DNA from: Armatimonadia bacterium
GTDB taxonomy: Bacteria; Armatimonadota; Zipacnadia; Zipacnadales; UBA11051
DNA: 15,772 bases
Direction: 5' to 3'
Assembly: GCA_039683575.1 (NCBI GenBank)
Contig: JBDKRC010000034.1
Span: forward strand, 1 to 15,772
Translations under genes and position numbers: made by a program
Notes under the pieces: model-generated
The model's input: the letters and a program-made list of their open reading frames with translations, nothing else
What the model was told of the DNA's origin: nothing
Database searches by the model: none
Shown here: piece by piece, positions 1 through 7,500 of the stretch
How the letters are laid out: each line of letters begins with the position of its first letter
How positions within the stretch are numbered: position 1 is the first letter of the stretch

Positions 1-58
1 GCAGTTGTTCGAGCACCTTGCTGTAGTTGCGTTCCTTGTGGCTCATCAGTAACTTCAT
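1..58 (-). CDS. Transposase N-terminus (partial), IS1202/ISNCY-like
   Basis: ATG at 58 (alternative at 46) reads MKLLMSHKERNYSKVLEQL and is open to the window edge. The MSxKExxxxKVLxxL pattern resembles the N-terminus of ISNCY/IS1202 transposases. It lies just inside the IS end. Confidence 0.7.
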   Translation of the reverse strand, partial: MKLLMSHKERNYSKVLEQL

Positions 59-125
59 GCCCTTCAGTTCGCCGAAGGGACATTTCTACTTTGCACAAGA
101 GGGACATTACTACTTGGCAGCGACA
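1..125 (-). mobile_element. Left end of an IS1202/ISNCY-type (IS481-related) insertion sequence, truncated by the window edge
   Basis: The - strand starts TGT at 125. Two 19-bp direct repeats lie 24 bp apart (77-95 GGGACATTTCTACTTTGCA; 101-119 GGGACATTACTACTTGGCA, 17/19 identical). This is the terminal architecture of TGT...ACA elements with repeated transposase-binding sites. A transposase-like ORF start follows directly. Confidence 0.8.
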
Positions 126-140
126 CTCCCTCCGCTCCTC

Positions 141-170
141 TTGCCCGCCCCCCGTCAACCGTGGTATTCT
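141..170 (+). promoter_or_regulatory. Putative sigma70 promoter of the FKBP gene
   Basis: TTGCCC (141-146), 18-nt spacer, TATTCT (165-170) preceded by TGn (extended -10). It ends about 37 nt before the ATG at 208. Confidence 0.45.
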
Positions 171-207
171 GCTCCCTACGCAAACCCCGAAAGGATGTGT
201 CGTCTGA

Positions 208-759
208 ATGGTTCGTCTCATCACTTTGCTGGTAATTCTGACGCTCGCGGTCACGCTCTTTGGCTGCAAGCAGGCTCCTCAGGCCACCAACCCCGAGCCG
301 CCGCCTGCGGTTGAGACTGCGCCGCCTGTTGCGCAGCCCCCCTCCGCCGAGGCCACCAAGCCCGCGGCAACCGAGAAGAAGGCCGTCGGCCCCAAGCTCG
401 AGGGCGAAGAGGGCAAGGAAGTCAAGACCACCAAGACCGGACTGAAGTACATCGTGCTCGAAGAGGGCAAGGACGAAAAGCCGAAAGCTCGCCAGACCAT
501 CGTCGCCGAGTACACCGGCTGGCTGACCGACGGCACCAAGTTCGACAGCTCCAAGGACCGTCCCAATGAGGAGTTCAGTTTCCCCGTAGGCACCGGCCAG
601 GTCATCCCCGGTTGGGATGAGGCGCTGCTGGACATGAAGGTCGGCGAGCGCCGCAAGCTCATCGTCCCGGCCGACTTGGCGTACGGCGACCAGAGCATGG
701 GCCCGATCCCGGCCAACTCCACTCTCGTCTTCGAGGTCAAGCTGGTCAAAATCAAGTAG
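208..759 (+). CDS. FKBP-type peptidyl-prolyl cis-trans isomerase, lipoprotein
   Basis: Lipoprotein signal with lipobox LFGC, Pro/Ala-rich linker, then FKBP motifs YTGWLTDGTKFDSS, GQVIPGWDEALLDMKVGERRKLIVPADLAYG and IPANSTLVFEVKL. AAAGGA lies upstream. Confidence 0.97.
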   Translation: MVRLITLLVILTLAVTLFGCKQAPQATNPEPPPAVETAPPVAQPPSAEATKPAATEKKAVGPKLEGEEGKEVKTTKTGLKYIVLEEGKDEKPKARQTIVAEYTGWLTDGTKFDSSKDRPNEEFSFPVGTGQVIPGWDEALLDMKVGERRKLIVPADLAYGDQSMGPIPANSTLVFEVKLVKIK

Positions 760-889
760 GGGCGCACCGTGGTGCGCCCGCCTCACGCGTAGGCCGCGCG
801 TCTCGCCCGCCTCACGCGTGGTGCGGGCGTCTCGCCCGCCTCCGGGCGCGACGCTCTTTCCTCTTCGTAGGCCGGGCCTCTCGCCCGGC
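756..889 (+). repeat. Cluster of four GTAG/GTGG REP-like palindromes
   Basis: GTAG-GGGCGCAC-CGTG-GTGCGCCC (756-779); GTAGGCCGCGCGTCTCGCCCGC (789-810, degenerate); GTGG-TGCGGGCG-TCT-CGCCCGC (818-839); GTAG-GCCGGGC-CTCTC-GCCCGGC (867-889). GCCCGCCTCACGCGT is repeated at 776 and 805. Confidence 0.8.
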
Positions 890-904
890 TTCCACCAACA
901 CACC

Positions 905-939
905 AAAAAGGCGCGCCGGAACCTCCTCCGGTGCGCCTT
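905..939 (-). terminator. Rho-independent terminator for the 964-1701 gene (possibly bidirectional)
   Basis: Stem AAGGCGCGCCGGA / TCCGGTGCGCCTT with a 6-nt loop, followed by TTTTT on the - strand. It lies between convergent genes. Confidence 0.7.
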
Positions 940-963
940 CACTTCTCCTCAGCACCCAAAACT

Positions 964-1701
964 CTACGGCCCTTCCAGCTTCACCGTCCCCGCAAACCCC
1001 ACCGTGACCTCGAAGTGGAAGCGGTCCTCCGGCGTAACCTCCGCCCCCTCCTCGGCTATCGCCGGGAACCGCACCTCAAACACGTCCTTATTCCACTGCC
1101 GCAGGTCCTGCACATTGAGATCCGCAGCCGCGATCACCTCCACCGTCACCGCCTCCGCCGTCCCCTTGGCCACCTCCACCTTGTACCCCTCGCCGGACCA
1201 CCCATAGAACGCCTTGTCAATTTCTCCGCCGGGCAAGCTCACTCCCGACGGTTCCCCCTCCGGCCGCGCGATCTCGATCAGCTTCCCTGCATACACGCCC
1301 ACCGGCAGCAGCACCGAGAAATGCAGCCCATTGAGCTTCATCGCCTGGCCCACCGCCACGTCATACTCCAGCCGCAGCCCCTGCGGCACCACCTTCACCG
1401 TCTCCACAAACTTCAGCGCCCCGCCACCGGCGTTAGGAATCGGCAGCGCCCCGGTGAATCGCTTCCCCGCTCCACCCGGCAGGTCAACCGCAGTAGCCGT
1501 CGCGGTATTCTGCGGCGCATGCTGCCACCCGGTCCCATGCGCATTAAGCTCAATCATCGCCAGTTCCACACCGCCCCGGCTAACCCGGATCATCCCACTC
1601 TTATCGAGCTTAGCCGTCAAGGCCTCCTGCGCCAAAGCAACCTGCGCCAGGGCTAGTATCGCCGCAACGCAGATGATTGCATGCCTGGATAGTGGCCTCA
1701 C
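964..1701 (-). CDS. Secreted hypothetical protein, beta-rich
   Basis: GTG start with GGAGGAGG RBS; signal peptide ending AQVALA; codon usage matches neighbours; no catalytic motif recognised. Confidence 0.85.
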   Translation of the reverse strand: MRPLSRHAIICVAAILALAQVALAQEALTAKLDKSGMIRVSRGGVELAMIELNAHGTGWQHAPQNTATATAVDLPGGAGKRFTGALPIPNAGGGALKFVETVKVVPQGLRLEYDVAVGQAMKLNGLHFSVLLPVGVYAGKLIEIARPEGEPSGVSLPGGEIDKAFYGWSGEGYKVEVAKGTAEAVTVEVIAAADLNVQDLRQWNKDVFEVRFPAIAEEGAEVTPEDRFHFEVTVGFAGTVKLEGP

Positions 1702-1761
1702 GCTTTAGCCTCCTCCGTCGCCGTGTGACATTTCGCCTCTGCCGCCATCCGCGACCACCGA

Positions 1762-1845
1762 GGAACGGGGACTGACCCCAATTTCGCAACGCTCCCGATC
1801 TCCTCCCACAGACCCTCATGCGAAATTGGGGTCTGTCCCCATTCC
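1762..1845. repeat. 84-bp inverted-repeat element (MITE/REPIN-like)
   Basis: Arms GGAACGGGGACTGACCCCAATTTCGCA (1762-1788) and the reverse complement of 1819-1845 are 25/27 identical, with a 30-nt spacer. Each arm holds its own GGGG-N5-CCCC hairpin. Confidence 0.8.
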
Positions 1846-1884
1846 GGCCTCCCCTCACTTACCGCTATTCGCTATCCGCTGCCG

Positions 1885-4101
1885 TTACCGCACCACCTCA
1901 AACGCAATCGCCGGTAGCACCCCCAAATCCCGCCTCCCCGCCTGCACCTCAACAACCAAATTCCCCTTGTCCCCTTCGCTCGCCAGCGTCGCATCCGCAG
2001 CAATGGTCACCACCAACCCACCCGCCGCCGCCGTCACGCCCCTGAGCCCAATTCCCCGCGGCCGGTTCGCCGCTCGGTACTTCACCCCATCCAACCCCGG
2101 CGCTCCCTTCATCTGCACCTGCGCTTCGCCGCCCAGCGGCACCCGCACCGGACCCGCGCTCGTCGCCTGCACTCCCGCGATGATCGGCCGCCATACCGCC
2201 GGCACCTTCCGCGCCCCACCAACCGCCGCGAGCAGCTCCTGCCCGACCACGAGATGCTGGTACGCAAACGCCTGCATCATGTCCTCCGCCGGTGCCGCCT
2301 GCCGCGTCACTTGCGCCCCGCCGATCTGCGCCCGCCCCTCCAGCCGCAGCGGAAACACACCTCGCGCCGCCCCTCTCGGCGCCGCTATAGTCACCGTCGC
2401 CTTCGACTCCCCCGCTGGTATCTTCGCCTTGCTCATCGTGTATCCCGCCGGCCCCTCCGCCAGCGCCAACTCGATGTCGCCCTCAAACCCGTCTTTCCTG
2501 ATGGCATGGACGGTCACCGTCGCCGACCGTCCTGGTCCCAGGTTCACCGCTGACGGCACTACTCGCAACACGAAATCCGGCCGCGCTGCCGACAGCCGCA
2601 ACCGATAGGCATAGCCATCCCCGCCCTGATGCTGCGCGTCCGACAGGCACACGAAGTACGCCCCGTCCTGCGCCACCTTCACCCGCAGGTACGAGTCCGC
2701 ATGGTGAGTAATCAGCCCGCTCGCCTTATCTTCCTCATCATCATTCGCCCCCAGAACCTTCCCCTCGGCATCCATGAGTTGCAGCACCGAATCCAGCGAC
2801 GATCCCAGCCGCCGCGCCTGCACTTCCGCCACCACTTCCTCCCCGGTCTTCGCCTCGATGCGGAAGAAGTCCACCTCCCCCGCCTCCCCGATGCGCCCGT
2901 TGACGATCCCCGGCAGCGCCACCTTCTGCGCCCCCTCGACCGTATCGTTCGGCTCAGTCTCCAGCCACTCCGGCAGCGTCCCCACCGCATACCGCACCGG
3001 ATTCGACAACCCCTTCGGCCACTGCCATGTGGCTTCCTGTACGCCTTCTGCCCCGCTCTCCAGCTTCACGCTCGAAACCGGCAGGTTCCATCCCCACACC
3101 GCCGCCTTTAGCTCGCTCCCCGCCTGCCCACCCAGCGGAAACACCCGCGTCACGAACGGGAGCTCACCCACGGCGACCCGGTACACGAAATCATCCCGCC
3201 CGCGGTAGATCGCGTCCCGCACCTCGAGCCGGTATACCCCCTCGGCTGGCACCTTGTACAGCAGCACCGGGTCCGGCTCGGTCCCATAGTCATCCCCATA
3301 CGCTACTTCCCGCCCCGACGCGTCATACAGCGTAATCGTCCCCTGAAACCACCCCGGCACCGCATCCGCCAGATACGGTATCAACTGCCGCGCCTGCATC
3401 CGCAAGACCAACTGCTGCCCCGCCCGCGCCCGCACCCAGAACCGGTCCACCTCTCCCGGCGTGATCTGCCCGTTGAGCATCACCGGCAGTCCCACCGCCC
3501 GCTCCGGTTCCTCCCCGCCTTCTCCCTCACAGACCTCTGGCAGCGTCCCCACCTCGAACCTCACCGGGTTCGTCAGCCCCCCCGGCGTCAGCAGCCGCAG
3601 TTCCCGGTCGCCCGGCGCCGCCTCCGGCGCAATCGTCAACTCAATCTCAACCTGGTCCGATATCTGCGGGTTGAGCTGCTTCTTGTCATCAAACAGCTTC
3701 TTGCGCAGCCGCGCCAACTCCGCCGGAGTCTTGTGCTCCAGGTCCCGAAGCCACGGGTGATCCGGCAGGAAGGGCGGGTCCTCCGACGCTGCCAGCGCCC
3801 GCATCGTCCGCAGGCTCCACCGCCGCCGCACCAGGTCCCGCATGACCTGCCCCACATCGCTCAGCTCATTCTGTCCCAGCGGCCGCACATACTGCAAAAC
3901 CTCCCCCTGCACACCAGTCCCCGACACATAGACCTCATCCGCCCCGCGCAATAGCTGTCCTCCAACCACCACGCGCACAGTAGTGCCCACGCAACCTCCT
4001 GCCGGGTAAGCATACCCGACATAAGGCCCGCTCCGTTGGCCCCAAGCGCCCGCCGCACACCCGGCAAGCACCATCACCAACCAGCACAACCGTCGTGTCA
4101 T
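1885..4101 (-). CDS. Secreted PPC (pre-peptidase C-terminal) domain-containing protein
   Basis: Signal peptide; N-terminal YAYPAGGxxGTTVxV motif; ETEPNDT and duplicated NGxI...GEVDxF...A...ARxL modules typical of PPC-repeat proteins of Planctomycetes-type bacteria. No protease catalytic motif seen. Confidence 0.85.
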   Translation of the reverse strand: MTRRLCWLVMVLAGCAAGAWGQRSGPYVGYAYPAGGCVGTTVRVVVGGQLLRGADEVYVSGTGVQGEVLQYVRPLGQNELSDVGQVMRDLVRRRWSLRTMRALAASEDPPFLPDHPWLRDLEHKTPAELARLRKKLFDDKKQLNPQISDQVEIELTIAPEAAPGDRELRLLTPGGLTNPVRFEVGTLPEVCEGEGGEEPERAVGLPVMLNGQITPGEVDRFWVRARAGQQLVLRMQARQLIPYLADAVPGWFQGTITLYDASGREVAYGDDYGTEPDPVLLYKVPAEGVYRLEVRDAIYRGRDDFVYRVAVGELPFVTRVFPLGGQAGSELKAAVWGWNLPVSSVKLESGAEGVQEATWQWPKGLSNPVRYAVGTLPEWLETEPNDTVEGAQKVALPGIVNGRIGEAGEVDFFRIEAKTGEEVVAEVQARRLGSSLDSVLQLMDAEGKVLGANDDEEDKASGLITHHADSYLRVKVAQDGAYFVCLSDAQHQGGDGYAYRLRLSAARPDFVLRVVPSAVNLGPGRSATVTVHAIRKDGFEGDIELALAEGPAGYTMSKAKIPAGESKATVTIAAPRGAARGVFPLRLEGRAQIGGAQVTRQAAPAEDMMQAFAYQHLVVGQELLAAVGGARKVPAVWRPIIAGVQATSAGPVRVPLGGEAQVQMKGAPGLDGVKYRAANRPRGIGLRGVTAAAGGLVVTIAADATLASEGDKGNLVVEVQAGRRDLGVLPAIAFEVVR

Positions 4102-4140
4102 CTTGCGCCCTTCGCCCTCATTGCTACCTTCTGGTCTTCG

Positions 4141-4236
4141 CCGTCGCCGTCACCGTCACCGTCACCGTCACCGTCACCGTCACCGTCACCGTCACCGTTG
4201 CCGCTGCCGCTGCCGTTGCCGTTGCCGTTGCCGTAG
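4141..4236. repeat. Hexanucleotide tandem repeat, 16 units of CCGYNR
   Basis: CCGTCG, (CCGTCA)x8, CCGTTG, (CCGCTG)x2, (CCGTTG)x3, CCGTAG. Confidence 0.95.
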
Positions 4237-4275
4237 GTGCGCGAAGCGACGTCCGCGTCGCAGGGCATCCTGCCC
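4233..4275 (+). repeat. GTAG-led REP-like palindromes
   Basis: GTAGGTGCGCG followed by hairpins GCGACG-TCCG-CGTCGC (4246-4261) and GGGCA-TCC-TGCCC (4263-4275). Confidence 0.55.
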
Positions 4276-4317
4276 GCCTCTGGCCGTTTCCGTTTCCGTC
4301 GCCGCAGCCCCGCCGTT

Positions 4318-4522
4318 TGACCCCAACGGGGTCACCGAATATAGCCAGGGGTGAAACCCCTGGAACGCGCCCCTCCAACCTCTCTCCTGACCCCAACGGG
4401 GTCACCCGCCGTTCACCGTCGTCAAGCCGTTCCTGTCGTCAGGCCCGAAGGGCCGCCAGCCTCTAGCCAGGGCCGCAAGGCCCTGGTGCGAAGCCCCCAA
4501 GCTTCTGGAGCCCCGAAGGGGC
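4318..4522 (+). repeat. Two diverged copies of a three-hairpin cassette
   Basis: Unit 1 (4318-4404): TGACCCC-AAC-GGGGTCA, TAG-CCAGGGGT-GAA-ACCCCTGG, TGACCCC-AAC-GGGGTCA. Unit 2 (4442-4522): GGCCC-GAA-GGGCC, TAG-CCAGGGCC-GCAA-GGCCCTGG, GCCCC-GAA-GGGGC. Confidence 0.8.
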
Positions 4523-4536
4523 GGCAGCACTTACAC

Positions 4537-7500
4537 TCAGTTCCCCAACCGCCCCTCCACATTAGTCACCACAATCCGCCTCACCAGGCCCCCGTCCTCG
4601 CGGTTGATCAGCCTCACAACATGCTCCCCCGCCGCCAGCCGCACACCCTCCGCATGCCGCACCCAATGCCACCGTCCCATCACCCCATCATTCCCAAACG
4701 TCCCCTCGGCCCCGTCATCCACCTGCAAAAAGAGCGAGTTCCCCTTGTCATCCGGCCACCAGCACTCCGCCCCGAAGTAGTATACCCCGTCCACCGGCAC
4801 GCTCACCTGCCACTCAACCCACCCCGCCCGCTCCCCCGGCTGCCGTGGGTTGCCGGTAAACGTCGCATCACGCACCACTCCCACTGCCGGCGGCGTCTGC
4901 TTGATGAGCACGAACGGTGCCTGCGCCTTCCCCTCGCCGGCCCCCTTCTCCACCTGCACCAGCTTCGCGACCACCTTCACTGGCAGCGCATACTCCCGGC
5001 GCGTCTCTCCCGCCTTGATCTCCAGACGCACCTCACCCGTCCGCTCCTCACCCTTCTTCGTCGACAGCCTGCAGACCAGCTCCGTCACCTTCGACGGCTC
5101 AATGGTAACCTTCGCCGGCACCTCCAGCGTCAGCCCCGCCGGTACCGCCAGCCCCTTCACCTCGATCGCCAGCGCCTTGTCGGTGGTGTTCACCACCTGC
5201 AGCTTGATCTCCGCCGGCTGATCCGGTGACAGCACCGCCTGCGGCGTGACCAGCCTCACCCTGATCGGCGTGAAGTACGGCAGCAGGTGCCCCAGCGACT
5301 GCGGCGCCCACGCGATGCTCCGCGTCCCCGCGCGCCCCTGGTTGTAATGCTCCTCGGTCAGCGGCCCGTACCACTGCTGGTCCCCATACCGCGCCGCATA
5401 GCTCAGCGCCGTGAAGCACTGCCACTCGCTGGCACTGTACCCATGCTTCTGCGTCGGCGCCTGCTTGTAGTAGAACAACGCGTTCGGCCCCATGGCCTCA
5501 GTCGTTAGCCAATCCGCGATGCCCAGCACTGCCTCCTTCGCCCGCACATCCCCCGTCGCCTCATACCATCGCCCCGCCCCACGCGCCACGATCCCGTGCA
5601 TGAACGCCGTCCCGCCCTCATACGAAGGCTGTTCGGAGATCGGCACCGAGATCACGCCCCGCACCGGGTCCTGCACCGACCGTACCCAGTCGATGACCTT
5701 CGTGCCCGCCTCGCGGTACTTCTCGTCATACGTCCCGTCATAGAGCGCCGACAGCGCCACCAGCGTCCATCCCGGCCCGCGCTCCTGCCCGCCGGCCCCG
5801 TACTGGTTGTTCGCCACCGTGTAGCAGTACCAGTCCCCCATGGCGTTGTACACTTCATAGCTGCGCGGGTCGCCCGTCATGAAGTAATACGCGATGACGC
5901 CCTCGACCCACGAGTGGCTGTTGTGCGCCCCCGCCACCGTATGATCCGCCACCCACCCCTTCTCCACGATGTGGCTCGAATTGTGATGATGCGGCGCCCC
6001 GACCAGATACTCCCGCCCCGGCGCCCAATGATAGCAGTCCACGTCCCGGTAATGCCGCGAACCCTCGTCCGCAATCTCCCACCACCGGTAGTCCCCGCTG
6101 CGCAAAAACTGCATCAACATCCCGTAGTGATGGTCATACTCCTGGTTCGACCAGAACGTATACGACGGCCCATAGCCCCACTCGAAGGTATCGTCCCCGA
6201 AGTTCTCCACCCCATACTCCCGCCGTGCCTCGCGCTTGGACAGATACCCCTTATACACACTCTCAACGCTCTGCTCATACTCCGGGAACAGCGCCTCGTC
6301 CGCCGCCGCAAACTCCCCCAGCGCCAGCGTCGAAGCCACATACCCCGGCTCCGCCGTAGCCACCGCCGGCGAGGCCACCGCGTCAAACTCACCCTCCCGC
6401 GGACCTTCGCGTAGTGCGGGCGTCTCGCCCGCGTTGTCGCCGAACACCAACGCAAAGTCGTTCCACAACGCCTGCCCCTGGTGCAGCACAAACGGCTTGT
6501 CCTTCTCCGCCGCCACCAGACTCAACTCGATCCCGCCCGGTGTCGCCACTACCCTCTTCGGGTACATCTGCCAGAACCACCGCGGCACCAGGTCCATCGT
6601 CATGCCCTTGCCAACCAGCCGCACCTGCCCCTGGTATCGCTTCTCAGTGCCCCTGACTTCCTTGCCATCGCGCACCCCTACGAACTCCGCCGTCTGGTCA
6701 TCCTTCTGCAAGAGCCCGCCCTTCTCCACCCGCTGGCCGTCCATCCAGATCGCCTTGGCGCCCATGCTGAGGGAGTAGTTGACTGTCAGCAGCTTCTCCT
6801 CCGCGCTCGCCTCCTTGTGCGTGATGACAGGCTGCACTCGCACTACTCCACTGTTCGCATAGAACTCTTCGGTCACGTCATACTCCAGGAAGTCCTGCCC
6901 GCCCTGCACTGCCTTCAGCCGCCCCACTCGCCGCACTATCGCCCGCATCGGCCCCGCCTCGACTACCTCACACCGGCTGACCGTCTCGCCAGCCGATGAA
7001 TAGACCGTGCCATCCTCCGCCGTCACCCACAGGTCCCACCCGCTGCCCGTCAGCCCCAGCTCCTCACCATCAACCTTGAGCCCGCTCAGCAGCCCGCCGC
7101 CCTTCTTGCTGATCGTCGCCTGCAGTGGCCCCGTGTTGATCGCGATGCTGTCCGCGGTCTCCTTCACAGTCACTCCCAGCCCCTCCACCGGCGCCCGCTT
7201 CACCTGCGTCCCATACTCACACCGCACCTCTCCGGGCGCGGTCGGGAAGCTGAACAGCACCCACTTGAACGACCCATCCGGCCACTTCGCCAACACCCGC
7301 GTCTGTAGCGGCACCTCTCTGCCCTGGTCATTGAGCAGGCGGATATTCTCCTCCGCCTTGACCGCCCCATAGGCAAACGGCATGCCGCCACTAACCACCT
7401 CGCCGCTCGCCTTGTAGTTCTCCGGCCCGGCCACCAGCACCGGGAACGTCGCCCGCACCGGAGCCTTCGTTGGCTTGTACAGCGGCGAACCCGTCGCCCC

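Noticed and set aside
64-942. 292-aa ORF on the - strand and other short overlapping ORFs
   Set aside because: Antisense or out-of-frame shadows of well-supported genes.
4318-4406. Possible mini CRISPR array (19-bp palindromic repeat twice)
   Set aside because: Only two short copies, the 51-nt spacer is itself a conserved hairpin, and there are no cas genes in the window.
4036-4466. Small ORFs with SP, VT, HR or CR dipeptide repeats
   Set aside because: Artefacts of the hexamer microsatellite, which is open in several frames.
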